From contig JBBRMM010000008.1 of the NCBI GenBank assembly GCA_038230835.1, forward strand, positions 4,721-68,720: a stretch of 64,000 nt of DNA, written 5' to 3'. Each line of letters begins with the position of its first letter. The first letter of the stretch is position 1. Under the pieces are notes generated by a model, which did no database searches, was not told the DNA's origin, and worked only from the letters and a program-made list of their open reading frames with translations. The DNA is from Gaiellales bacterium (GTDB lineage Bacteria; Actinomycetota; Thermoleophilia; Gaiellales; JAICJC01). Shown in pieces: positions 53,335-63,067 of the stretch. The position numbers and the translations under genes were made by a program.

Positions 53335-53669
53335 GCACTCCCGCTGCCCCGACCGTGTTCGAGATCGAGGAGCTCGAGAACGAACTCGCTGGCCGAGACG
53401 ACGGCGACACCGGTGACGGCGACTGGTACGCGGTGCGCACCGACCCCTGGCCGTGTCCCACCTGTGGAGTCGCCGAGGACTACATCACCGCCTGCCATCA
53501 CGTGGTGGTCGCACCCTCGCGGGACGATCTGATCGACCACGCCGCGCGAGCCTCGCAGGTCGGTCGCAATCCGAAGATCGTTCGCTACGACGACTCCAAG
53601 CCGACGATCACGCTGTTCCAGTGGCGGGCCCTGGGCCGGCCCGTGCACGGCGTCAAGAAACTCGGATAG
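53331..53669 (+). CDS. Hypothetical protein (acidic N-terminus, CPTC...CH motif)
   Basis: 112-aa ORF with ATGA coupling to the upstream gene. No family recognised. Confidence 0.55.
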   Translation: MSTPAAPTVFEIEELENELAGRDDGDTGDGDWYAVRTDPWPCPTCGVAEDYITACHHVVVAPSRDDLIDHAARASQVGRNPKIVRYDDSKPTITLFQWRALGRPVHGVKKLG

Positions 53670-53694
53670 GGTCACGCTTCACCATCAGGAGGAC

Positions 53695-54108
53695 GTGATG
53701 TTGAGCGAATTCCGGGCGTTCCTGTTGCGCGGGAACCTGGTCGAACTGGCGGTCGCCGTCGTGATCGGGGTGGCATTCAACGCGGTGGTGACCGCGCTCG
53801 TGGCCGACATCGTGACGCCGATCATCGGGGCGATCGGCGGCAAGCACGATTTCTCGTCGCTGCGGTTCACCGTCAACGGTTCCGCGTTCCTGTACGGCGA
53901 CTTCCTGAACCGGCTGATCTCGTTTGTGACGATCGCGGCCGCCGTGTTCTTCGTGGTCGTCAAGCCGATGAATGCCCTCAACGCGCGGCGCCAGCCCGCC
54001 GCCGACGCGGGCACGCCGATGCGGGACTGCCCGGAGTGCCTGTCCTCGATACCGGCCGCCGCCCGCCGCTGTGCTCAGTGCACCGCGGAAGTCTCACCCG
54101 CCGTCTGA
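53695..54108 (+). CDS. mscL: Large-conductance mechanosensitive channel with C-terminal CxxC...CxxC zinc-ribbon-like tail
   Basis: 137-aa ORF with MLSEFRAFLLRGNLVELAVAVVIGVAFNAVV.... The tail is RDCPECLSSIPAAARRCAQCTAEV. Confidence 0.9.
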   Translation: MMLSEFRAFLLRGNLVELAVAVVIGVAFNAVVTALVADIVTPIIGAIGGKHDFSSLRFTVNGSAFLYGDFLNRLISFVTIAAAVFFVVVKPMNALNARRQPAADAGTPMRDCPECLSSIPAAARRCAQCTAEVSPAV

Positions 54109-54132
54109 CCCGTCGACAGCGCTGGTGGCGGC

Positions 54133-54879
54133 TCAGGTGACACGGCGGATCATCGTGATCGACCACCACGCGAGCGGCGAGCGGCTGACGACCGCGCCGG
54201 TGTGCGGCGCGTGGAGGACCAGACCATGCCCGAGGTAGATACCGACGTGACCGCCGCCGTTCGAGATCACGAGGTCGCCGCGGCGCAGGGCGTGCCGGGA
54301 AACCCGCTGGCCGAGATGCATCATCGCCTGCGAGGAGTGGGGGAGTCGAACGCCGACGCGACCGTACGCCCACATCACGAGGCCCGAGCAGTCGAACCCG
54401 ACCCGTGGAGAGGAGGCGCCGTACACGTACGGCTTACCCAGCTGGGAGAGCGCGATCAACGTCGCCTCGGCGTTACGGGCCGCGATCCGCGCAAGTCGCC
54501 CGTACCGCACTCCGCGCCTGACCCAGACCTGGCGCAGGTAGCCGAGGTAGGCGATGCTTCGGGTGCGCAGAATCTCGCGCGGCGAGCGCACAGGAATGCC
54601 GGCGAGGCGTGCCTCGTGGCGTGCGTGGCCGTACGCTCCGAACGCTCCGGCGCGAGCGTGCTGCAGGAGCAGCGTCGGTAGCGCGACCGGAGTGGCGATG
54701 ACGCCGACAGACGGCGACGGTGTCGGGGACGATTCGGGGCCGGCGGCGAACGCCGCGGGCACGCCCATACAGAGCATGAGCACAGCGAGTATGGCAACGA
54801 TGCGAGGCAGGATGAGCCCTTCGTTAGCTGACGTGAGCGGCCGCTGACATGACCCGGTTGCCGGCGGTACAGCGAGCAT
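54133..54879 (-). CDS. Secreted NlpC/P60-family peptidoglycan endopeptidase
   Basis: 248-aa ORF with a signal/TM and LGKPYVYGASSPRVGFDCSGLVMWAY...GHVGIYLG. Confidence 0.8.
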   Translation of the reverse strand: MLAVPPATGSCQRPLTSANEGLILPRIVAILAVLMLCMGVPAAFAAGPESSPTPSPSVGVIATPVALPTLLLQHARAGAFGAYGHARHEARLAGIPVRSPREILRTRSIAYLGYLRQVWVRRGVRYGRLARIAARNAEATLIALSQLGKPYVYGASSPRVGFDCSGLVMWAYGRVGVRLPHSSQAMMHLGQRVSRHALRRGDLVISNGGGHVGIYLGHGLVLHAPHTGAVVSRSPLAWWSITMIRRVT

Positions 54880-55150
54880 GTCCGCGGAGAGGAGACCTGA
54901 CGCCGAAGTGAGATCGACGGCGATAACGGACTGACGCCTGTGATGTGGTCATGACCAGCCTCGGCGGGTAGGTTCGCGCCCTCAACCCCTGTTACCGCAA
55001 AGTGGGGAGTCAGATCACCGCTGCGGCCAGCCTCGGACACCCCAAAACCCCGCCAGATGGGGTAGTGGTCCTCGCTGGCGAACACGCGATCCCGGCCTGG
55101 GTGCCCGACGGCGACACGCTGCGCCTTCGCACCGTAAACTGCGTGGTGCG

Positions 55151-55223
55151 GCGGACGTAGCTCAGTTGGTAGAGCGTTGGCTTCCCAAGCCAAAGGTCGC
55201 GGGTTCGAGACCCGTCGTCCGCT
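55151..55223 (+). tRNA. tRNA-Gly (anticodon CCC)
   Basis: GCGGACG TA GCTCAGTTGGTAGAGC G TTGGC-TTCCCAA-GCCAA AGGTC GCGGG-TTCGAGA-CCCGT CGTCCGC T. Confidence 0.9.
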
Positions 55224-55331
55224 CTTTCCAAGCCAAATCAGCCGGACTTTGTGACACTCGGTGATTCCCCAACACTCGGTTGAGGTTGGGTCACCCCTGT
55301 GGCCAGGCAGACCCCGCCAGCGCGCTCCGGC

Positions 55332-55820
55332 TCAGGGTGGAAGGAAGGCGAGAACCTTTTCATGCGGCCACTCGGTGGTGAGAATGCGACCCAGGTTGGG
55401 CTCCGTGCTCGCGATGATGTAGGGAATCTCGTCAGGATCGCGGGGAGCCGCGGAGACGGATGCGCCGAGTAGCACGTCGCCCCATGGTGGCGCTGCGTTT
55501 GCCAGGAGGCCGGTCAAGCGAAGGTTCACGTATTCGGGCAAGTGCCAGACCCGCCAGGCGTTGTGGAGATCGTCTGACTCGATTTCGATCCAGACGCCGT
55601 AGGTCACAGTGAAGCCCCCCGTCAACGCCACCGGCATCAACGTGCGGATGAAGAAACCCACGTCCTTTACGGCGAGCAGCGGGTCGTCTCCCCAAACTCG
55701 TCCTTCGAGTTCAGAGTCGGGGATGGCGAAGACTGAATCAGGCCGCTTGAACTTGACCTGGCGGTTGTGGTCGTCGAGTGGGCGGCCACATGTTGGGCAG
55801 TGTCGGCTTGCTGTGGGCAT
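55332..55820 (-). CDS. DUF2199-like protein with N-terminal CxxC
   Basis: 162-aa ORF: MPTASRHCPTCGRPLDDHNRQV...GFFIRTLMPVALTGGFTVTYGVWIEI.... Confidence 0.7.
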   Translation of the reverse strand: MPTASRHCPTCGRPLDDHNRQVKFKRPDSVFAIPDSELEGRVWGDDPLLAVKDVGFFIRTLMPVALTGGFTVTYGVWIEIESDDLHNAWRVWHLPEYVNLRLTGLLANAAPPWGDVLLGASVSAAPRDPDEIPYIIASTEPNLGRILTTEWPHEKVLAFLPP

Positions 55821-56702
55821 CCAGTCAGCCTACTAGCCGGGATGTTGGCCGGCAGGCGCAGAGGTACCGCGAGCCCGCATCGCTCTGGACGCTCCACCAC
55901 AGCCTCAGCCAGTTCTTCAACCCGAGCGTGGGCGGCAGGCGGAACGCGGCCGCACCGCGCTGCTCACAACGTCCTCGTAGACGCCGACGATGAACCGGAG
56001 CTCGCGCTCACCGATAGGCGGCCTGTTGGGCGCGTCGGTGATCGTCTTCTACACGGCGATTGACGCATCACGTAGCACCCGCTCGTCAGCCCACCGCCGT
56101 TCGGGCAGAGGGACCGTTGGCTTGCACGGTGATCTTAGTCATGGTATGTTCGGCGGATCCGCGGGCGGCGAAGGCTGACCCGACGACCTCTGTCAGGGGG
56201 CACAATGGTCGAGCAGTCGTCGGTTTCGCGTTCGAAGTGGGGCTGGGCGCGGTGGATGGTGGTGGTGTTTGCGGTCATGGCGGTTGTGGGAGGTGGTAGC
56301 GCGTCGGTCGCGTCGGCGCGTGGGCTTCACACGTTCGTTTCGCACAGCGCGCGGGTTGGGGCTGGGTCGCGGATTCCTGGGGCTGCTGCGAATGAGATCA
56401 CGGGGTATATGACGGAGCACGGGGGGCAGGTGCAGTCAGCGGCGGCGGTGTACGTCGATTATTGGGGTTGGACGGGGTCTGACCCGGTGGGTGAGCAGTC
56501 GGTGTTGGAGGGCTTCTTGAATCACGTTGGTGGGAGCGGTTGGTTGGGGACGGTCGATCAGTACGGCGCGGGCAATCCCAGCGGGCTGCTCAAGGGCACA
56601 TGGACCGATACCACCAACACGATCCCCACCTCGCCGACTCAAGCCCAGTTGGCTGCGGAGGCTGACCAGGCAGCGCTTCACTTCGGGGTCGCGGCGACCG
56701 CG

Positions 56703-57026
56703 GTGCAGACGATCTCCGAGACGGGTACGGTGACAGGCGGGTCGTTCACGCTCACGTATATGGGCGCGCCGGCGCAGACAACGGCGGCGATCGTCTGGAA
56801 CGCCTCGGCCGCGCAGGTGCAGGCAGCACTGCAGGCGCTGTCCCAACTCGGCTCGAACATCACGTGCAGTGGAGGCCCACTTTCAACAGTCGCGGTCGCG
56901 TGCACGTTCGGGAAGAACTTTGCGGGCCTGTCGTGGCCTGCGCTCGTGCCGACGTCGTCGCTGACCGGCTCGAAGGCGAAGGTGAGTGTTGTGGTCAACG
57001 TCAAGGGAGGGGAGACCCCGGCGAGC
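56703..57026 (+). repeat. About 108-aa inserted module, copy 1 (TGGSFTL...TTAAIVWNASAAQVQAAL...CSGGPL)
   Basis: QTISETGTVTGGSFTLTYMGAPAQTTAAIVWNASAAQVQAALQALSQLGSNITCSGGPLSTVAVACTF...SLTGSKAKVSVVVNVKGGETPAS. Paralogous to 58136..58465. Confidence 0.6.
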
Positions 57027-58135
57027 CTTCAGAACGTGCAGATCGTGGTGGCGACCCCGCCGGGCAACGACCCGGATGGCACCAACACGAAGTTCTGCGG
57101 GTTTCACTCTTAGGCGACCTTCGCCGCGTATACAGCGCTTCCGTATGCGGGTGACATCCCGAATTGTGCTGCGGGTGGGCTGATCAATCCCGTGAACGCC
57201 GCGACCATGGTGGAAGGCCACGAGTTGGCCGAGACGATCACCGACCCCGGCGCGTGCACGGCTTGGCATGACGATAACACCCCGCCGCCCACCCAACCGT
57301 GCAACGAGCTGGGCGACAAGTGCCAGAACGGGCCGACCGGGGCCGTTCTCTACAATCCGGTCAGCATGAATGGCCAGTCGTACTTTGTGCAGCCTTTGTG
57401 GAGCAACCTCATCAACGATTGCTCCTATGGCACCACGTACGACTCCGTCCAAACGGCGTTTCAGGCCAACACGGGGAACCTGTGGATCGTTCCGGGCCTG
57501 GGGGGCACCACGTTGGGGATTACGCCGCGGACGAGTCCCAGCCTGGCCCATCTGACGCTGGGCGGGTATGAGGCGGCGTTCAACGCTGATGGTGGGGGCG
57601 GCTTGTGGAATACGGGATTCGGCAACGGGTCGGACACCTACACTTGGAACGCCGGGTTAGACCCTCATGCCAGTCCAGGTATCTGCCCGCTCCAGGCCAG
57701 TGGTGGCTACGAAGACGTGTTCAACTCCAACGTCAACACCCTCTGGAGCGCACAGGGTGTCCCGCTCGCTCTTATCCATACGCCCACCAGCCTCCAATCG
57801 TCGGCGGGGCCGCTGACCATCGCGGCGGGTACCTCTCCCAGTGATACATGCGTCACGAGTGGAGGGTGGGACACCGCTTGGCATGTTTCGGACGATTCGC
57901 TGTGGCGGGGAGGGTCGGTCCGGGCACCGTTGGTGGTTTCAGTGGAACATCGCTCGGTGTTTATCCGGGGACGAGTCCTTCGATCGTTGTCCAGCCCGCG
58001 ACAGACCAGGGTCTGCTGATTGCGTTCCATACGTCCGGCGGGTGGTTGGGGTACCTCGATAACACCGGTACGCTGAGAAGACCACAGGCGTGTAATGGCG
58101 CGTTCTGCCCGATTTCCAACGGCGCAAACGCGACG

Positions 58136-58465
58136 CAGACGATCTCGGCGACGGGGACCGTGACCGGTGGCACGTTCACGCTCGCGTTCAACTGGGCAGG
58201 GCGGGGTGCTGGCCAGACGACGGCTGCGATTCCCTGGAACGCGACAGCTGCCCAGCTGCAGGCGGCGCTGGTGGCGCTGTCTTCGATTGGCACAGGGAAC
58301 CTCACCTGTACGGGAGGGCCGCTCCCCGCCACCGCTATGCAATGCACGTTCGTTGGAGCGTTGGCGAAGCAGCCCGAGCTGGCGATGAAACCTGCCAAGT
58401 CGCTTACGGGTACCAAGCCCAATATCAAGGTGACGGCGAATAATGCGGGTGCGACGCCGGCCAGT
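58136..58465 (+). repeat. About 110-aa inserted module, copy 2
   Basis: QTISATGTVTGGTFTLAFNWAGRGAGQTTAAIPWNATAAQLQAALVALSSIGTGNLTCTGGPLPATAMQCTF...SLTGTKPNIKVTANNAGATPAS. Confidence 0.6.
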
Positions 58466-59108
58466 CCCAGCGTGTGCTTCCTGGCCAGCCAGGGCTATGC
58501 CGCCGAGTTCGCGTGGCGCGGCCCGAATAACCAGCTCATGACCTATGGCCCCGCCCAGGAGGGTGGGTTGCTTGACTGGTCGGAGCTGGGCTATCCGGGC
58601 AAGAGTGCGACGGGGGTTCCGGGCACGGTTGATCCCGGGTCGGACCCGGCCATCACGTGTCCCGCGAGTGGTGGGTATCAGGTCGCGTTCCAGGGGAGCG
58701 GTGGCAAGCTGAACGCGGTGGGTGCTGGCGACACCAACACTGGCTATGGGATGGCGCGGTTCACCAGCCCGGCGGAGGCGTCGAGGACCCAGTAGCACCT
58801 CTTCACTCCGCGATCAGCGTGGTGTCCCGGCGCGCCGAGACTCGGCCGGTGTGCGCTCGGGACGTCGTTCAGCCTCAAAAGGGCGAGCGCGCTTCCCAAG
58901 GCTGCGTGTTCGACGTCGAGGTGAAGACGCCCGGTGCCGGCCTCAGCGGCTTTGCCACCGTCCCCGGCGCGACCATCCTTCGGCTTGTCGGAAGCGACGA
59001 CCAATGACCCCCTCATCGAACGCCGCAACACCAGCTGACACCCTCCCCGGGCACCCCGCGCGCTGTAGACTCGGGCCCGACTGGATAGCCCGAGGGATGA
59101 GGACAGAA

Positions 59109-59741
59109 ATGGCTCACGAACTCCCACCGCTTCAGTACAGCTACGACGCGTTGGAGCCGATCATTGACGAGGCGACGATGCGGCTTCACCACGACAAGCA
59201 TCACGCCACCTACGTCAAGAACCTGAACGCGGCGCTGGAGGGGTCGGAGTGGGCTGACCGGCCGATGGAGCAGTTGCTCGACAACCTGGATCTGCTGCCC
59301 AAGGACAAGCAGGCGGTCGTGCGAAACAACGGCGGCGGCCACGCCAACCACTCGCTGTTCTGGGAGGTCATGAGCCCGGACGGTGGCGGTGAGCCCGAGG
59401 GTGTCCTCGCCAAGGCGGTGACCGACACGTTCGAGACCTTGGCCGAGTTGAAACGGCAGCTGACGGACGCCGGCACCCGCCAGTTCGGAAGCGGCTGGGC
59501 GTGGCTCGTCCACGATGGCACCGGCTTGGTCGTTGTCTCCACGCCAAACCAGGACTCGCCGCTCATGAGCGGCCACACTCCGCTGCTGGGCATCGATGTC
59601 TGGGAGCACGCCTACTACCTGCGGTACCAAAACCGCCGTCCGGACTATCTGGATGCGTGGTGGAACGTCGTCGACTGGTCGGCCGTCGGCGAGCGGTTGA
59701 CGCGAGCGGTCGGTCGGCCTGCCGCTGTCGGAGGTAGCTGA
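59109..59741 (+). CDS. sodA: Fe/Mn superoxide dismutase
   Basis: ORF 58722..59741, trimmed to [17 protein letters not shown]. Motifs HHDKHH and DVWEHAYY. Confidence 0.95.
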   Translation: MAHELPPLQYSYDALEPIIDEATMRLHHDKHHATYVKNLNAALEGSEWADRPMEQLLDNLDLLPKDKQAVVRNNGGGHANHSLFWEVMSPDGGGEPEGVLAKAVTDTFETLAELKRQLTDAGTRQFGSGWAWLVHDGTGLVVVSTPNQDSPLMSGHTPLLGIDVWEHAYYLRYQNRRPDYLDAWWNVVDWSAVGERLTRAVGRPAAVGGS

Positions 59742-60403
59742 TGGTAAGAGTCGCGGTCATCTATTACAGCGCCACCGGGAACGTGCACGCGATGGCGCAG
59801 GCGGTCGCGCTGGGCGCCGAGCAGGCGGGTGCGGAGGTGCGGCTGCGCCAGGTGGAGGAGATCGCATCGGAGATGGTGATCTCGCAGAACCAGCACTGGG
59901 GTCGCCATCGAGCATCGGTGCGCGACCAGCCGACCGCGACGTTGGACGATCTGGAGTGGGCCGATGGAGTCGCATTCGGCACGCCGACGCGGTTTGGGAA
60001 CGTGTCGGCGCAGCTCAAGCAGTTCATGGACCAGGCGGGACGGCTGTGGCAGGAGGGCCGTCTGGCCGATAAAGCGGCGACGGCGTTCACATCCTCCCAG
60101 ACGCCCCATGGTGGTCAGGAATCGACCATCCTCGCACTCTGCAACACCTTCTACCACTGGGGCATGGTGATCGTCCCGATCGGCTACACGGTGCACGAAG
60201 TGTTCGCGTCGGGCGGCAACCCGTACGGCGCGTCCTACACGAGTGCCGATCGCGTGCCCGGACGGCTGCCCGACGACACGCTCAGCATCGCCCGCGCCCA
60301 GGGCGCGCGCCTCGCCCGGTACGCAGCGGTGATCGCGGCCGGTCGGGCAGCCGGCGAGCTCCCAGCGCCCAGCGGAACGCTGCCGTTTCCGAATAGGGTG
60401 TGA
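59741..60403 (+). CDS. wrbA: NAD(P)H:quinone oxidoreductase, WrbA-type flavodoxin-like
   Basis: 220-aa ORF with VAVIYYSATGNVHAMA...GVAFGTPTRFGNVSAQLKQFMD...HGGQEST. Confidence 0.85.
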   Translation: MVRVAVIYYSATGNVHAMAQAVALGAEQAGAEVRLRQVEEIASEMVISQNQHWGRHRASVRDQPTATLDDLEWADGVAFGTPTRFGNVSAQLKQFMDQAGRLWQEGRLADKAATAFTSSQTPHGGQESTILALCNTFYHWGMVIVPIGYTVHEVFASGGNPYGASYTSADRVPGRLPDDTLSIARAQGARLARYAAVIAAGRAAGELPAPSGTLPFPNRV

Positions 60404-60553
60404 GCCCTGATGATGCGACCGGGATTAGCTCGGCGCGGCCCGTGGCGCGAATGGGCAGTCCTGCCCGATTTGGACGAGGGAGGGACCGGGGAGTTGCGCC
60501 GAGTGCCGCACGAGCCGAAGCTCCCCATCGGTAGGTAATCTGGGGCCGCCGAA

Positions 60554-60805
60554 TCACGGCGGACGAGCTGCGTCGACGACGTCGACGGGCTGGATCGGTG
60601 CCCCGGCGGCCCGAGCTGTCTGAGCCGCGCACGCCGGACACACCGCTCGCTCGATCTCCCCGGAGCCCGAGCGCTCAATCCGCCAGTCCGGTGGTGGGGA
60701 ACCGGCGCAACTGCCGTGGCAGGCCTCCGTCTGCCCGCAGTCGCAGCGGTACACGGCGCACGTGTACGGATACGCCACATCGGCCACTGCGAACTCGACG
60801 GCCAT
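60554..60805 (-). CDS. Small Cys-rich hypothetical protein
   Basis: ORF 60554..60877, trimmed to MAVEFAVADVAYPYTCAVYRCDCGQTEACHGSC...CPACAAQ. Third-position GC is coding-like, but no family was recognised. Confidence 0.35.
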   Translation of the reverse strand: MAVEFAVADVAYPYTCAVYRCDCGQTEACHGSCAGSPPPDWRIERSGSGEIERAVCPACAAQTARAAGAPIQPVDVVDAARPP

Positions 60806-60858
60806 GCCGGTATCGTTGCACGCCTGCGACGGCGGAGCAAGATGGGGTGGGATGCGAG

Positions 60859-62325
60859 ATGGCGGTTGTCGATCCAACGGCGGGCGACGAGCAAAGGCTG
60901 CTTCGGCGCCGCCAGTTGACGCTGATCGCGACCATCCTCGGATCGTCGCTCGCCTTCGTCGATGGGTCGGTCGTCAACATTGCCCTGCCCACCATCGGGC
61001 GTGATCTGCACGCGGGCCTGGCCGCACAGCAGTGGGTGATGCTGTCGTATTCGCTGGCCGTCGCGTCGCTCTACATCGTGTCGGGCGCGCTGGGCGACCG
61101 GTTTGGACGGCGCCGGCTGTTCATGGTCGGAGTGGCCGGGTTCGCGGGCGCGTCCGCACTGGCCGGTGTTGCTCCCAGTACCGGCCCGCTGATCGCAGCG
61201 CGTGTCCTTCAGGGCGTGGGAGGCGCGTTGCTGACCACCAACAGTCTCGCGCTGCTGCGTGCGACGTACGCCGAGGACAGCGGTCGCGCCGTCGGCTTGT
61301 GGACGGCCTGGAGCGGCATCGGCTCGATGCTCGGCCCACCGCTGGGCGGTCTGCTGGTGCAGTACGCATCCTGGCGGTGGATCTTCCTCATCAACCTTCC
61401 CGCCGCCGCGCTCGCGCTCGCGCTCGCGTCGGCGGGGCGAACGGACGAGCACTTGCCGGAAAAGCCGCGGCCCGTGCAGGCGGTCGGAGGGGCTGCGATC
61501 GCGATCGCCTTCGGCGGTCTCACCTATGCGCTGATCGAGGGCGCCCAAATCGGGTTCGCGTCGGTCTGGTGGGCATTCGCGCTCTCGATCGGAGGACTGG
61601 CGGTTCTGATCGTCGCCGAGCGGCGGGGTGCAAACCCGCTGCTACCGGTCGAACTGCTGCGCGAGCGCCTGTTCGTGGTCGCCAACGTCTACACGTTGTT
61701 GGTCTATGCGGGCCTCGGCGGGATGACGTTCTACCTCGCCCTCTACCTCCAGTCGGGCGCCGTCGGGTACACGCCCAGCAGGGCGTCGCTCGTGTTCGTG
61801 CCGATCAGCATCGTGATGTTCTTCCTGGCAGCCAGGTTCGGCCGCGCCGCAGACCGGTACGGCCCCCGAAGGTACCTCACAACCGCTCCGCTGGTCATGG
61901 CCGCCGGATTCGCCCTGCTCGCAACCGTGACCGGAACCAACCCACTGGCGCCGCTGCCAGGTGTGCTGACGCTCGCCTTGGGCCTGGCGATGCTGGTGGC
62001 GCCGATCACAGCCACGGCGCTCAAGGCGGCGCCCGATCGGCACGCCGGACTCGCCGCCGGGGTTAACACGACCGTCTCTCGGATCGGCGGTTTGGTCGCG
62101 ACACCCGCCCTGGGGATCGTCATAACGGTCGTGTTCACAGCCTCCGCGGCCAACCATCACATCGATCCGTTCGCCAAGCACCTCAGTCCCGAGCAGCGCC
62201 GGGCCACCATCGACGCGTTCCGAGCAGCGATCGCCGCATCAATGCTGCTGTGCGTCGCCGGCGCGGCGCTAGCGGCCTGGGGGCTTGGAGCCGCGCGTGG
62301 TCCGGGCGGGGGTGAGTCGAGTTGA
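60859..62325 (+). CDS. MFS transporter, DHA2 (EmrB/QacA, 14-TM) type
   Basis: ORF 60598..62325, trimmed to MAVVDPTAG. Sequence FVDGSVVNIALPTIGRDL...GALGDRFGRRRLF. Confidence 0.85.
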   Translation: MAVVDPTAGDEQRLLRRRQLTLIATILGSSLAFVDGSVVNIALPTIGRDLHAGLAAQQWVMLSYSLAVASLYIVSGALGDRFGRRRLFMVGVAGFAGASALAGVAPSTGPLIAARVLQGVGGALLTTNSLALLRATYAEDSGRAVGLWTAWSGIGSMLGPPLGGLLVQYASWRWIFLINLPAAALALALASAGRTDEHLPEKPRPVQAVGGAAIAIAFGGLTYALIEGAQIGFASVWWAFALSIGGLAVLIVAERRGANPLLPVELLRERLFVVANVYTLLVYAGLGGMTFYLALYLQSGAVGYTPSRASLVFVPISIVMFFLAARFGRAADRYGPRRYLTTAPLVMAAGFALLATVTGTNPLAPLPGVLTLALGLAMLVAPITATALKAAPDRHAGLAAGVNTTVSRIGGLVATPALGIVITVVFTASAANHHIDPFAKHLSPEQRRATIDAFRAAIAASMLLCVAGAALAAWGLGAARGPGGGESS

Positions 62326-62388
62326 AGGCAGGGATCGGCTGGTAGACAAGCCTCTGACTCCCCGGCGGAGTCGCCGTGTCATCATTGG

Positions 62389-63042
62389 GTGGTGGTGACG
62401 TCGTCACGTCCGTCGAATGCCGCCGTCCGCTGCATGGTCGTGGACGATCACGCCGCGCTGCGCGAGGGCGTGCGGGCGGTCCTTGTCGCCGAGCACGACC
62501 TTGAGGTCGTCGGCGATGCTGCGTCCGGCGATGCGGCGGTCGAGATGGCGGCCAAGCGGCTACCGGACGTGGTCGTCATGGACATCCAATTGGGGGAGGG
62601 CATCGGCGGCTTCGAGGCCACGAGGCGGATCCTGGCCGCCCGGCCGCAGGTGGGAATCGTCATCCTCACGGGCTACGGTGAGCGCGGGCTGCTGACGGAG
62701 GGGTTGGACTGCGGGGCCCGGGGCTACCTGCTGAAGGACTCGCCGCCGGCCGACATTGTTCGCGCGGTGCGCACCGTGGCGGCCGGCGGCTCGTATGTGG
62801 ATCCGTCGCTGACGTCGCAGTTGATCAACCCATCGTCGGGGCGTCTCACGACCCTGACCGACCGCGAGCGCGAGATGCTGGCCGTGCTCTCCGAAGGGCT
62901 CACGAGTCCGCGCATCGCCCAGCAGCTCTTCCTGAGCGAGGAGACCGTGAGGACGCACGTCCGAAACGCCATGCGCAAACTGGAGGCGGACACCCGCACC
63001 CAGGCCGTTGCGATGGCGCTTCGGATGAACGTGATCGTGTGA
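62389..63042 (+). CDS. NarL/LuxR-family two-component response regulator
   Basis: 217-aa ORF with a receiver domain (VVDDH...VVVMDIQL...YLLKD) and a LuxR HTH (LTDREREMLAVLSEGLTSPRIAQQLFLSEETVRTHV). Confidence 0.9.
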   Translation: MVVTSSRPSNAAVRCMVVDDHAALREGVRAVLVAEHDLEVVGDAASGDAAVEMAAKRLPDVVVMDIQLGEGIGGFEATRRILAARPQVGIVILTGYGERGLLTEGLDCGARGYLLKDSPPADIVRAVRTVAAGGSYVDPSLTSQLINPSSGRLTTLTDREREMLAVLSEGLTSPRIAQQLFLSEETVRTHVRNAMRKLEADTRTQAVAMALRMNVIV

Positions 63043-63067
63043 GGAACGGTCGCGCCGTTCGGCGCGC

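Larger units (their letters stand above)
56205..58795 (+). pseudogene. Large secreted protein (PHI-1/EXORDIUM-like CAWHS-type domain plus beta-propeller-like repeats) interrupted by an in-frame TAG and one -1 frameshift
   Basis: Track ORFs 56205..57113 and 57192..58019 are in the same frame, separated only by TAG 57111-57113 (...KFCGFHS-TAG-ATFAAYTALPYAGDIPNC...MVEGHELAETITDP...). ORF 57848..58795 continues the repeat pattern after a missing base in the GGG run at 57912-57914. Confidence 0.6.

Noticed and set aside
55860-56140. Possible minus-strand gene remnant (..ITDAPNRPPIGERELRFIVGVYEDVVS..) near tRNA-Gly, considered as an integrase or toxin-antitoxin relic
   Set aside because: There are only short open stretches broken by stops in all frames, and no recognisable family. 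The evidence is insufficient to call it.
57111-57113. In-frame TAG as a recoded (pyrrolysine or suppressed) codon
   Set aside because: TAG terminates ordinary genes in this window (for example the DsrE-like gene at 23077 and the CoA-transferase at 31219). No pyl genes are seen, and the same gene also has a frameshift, so pseudogenisation or error is more likely.
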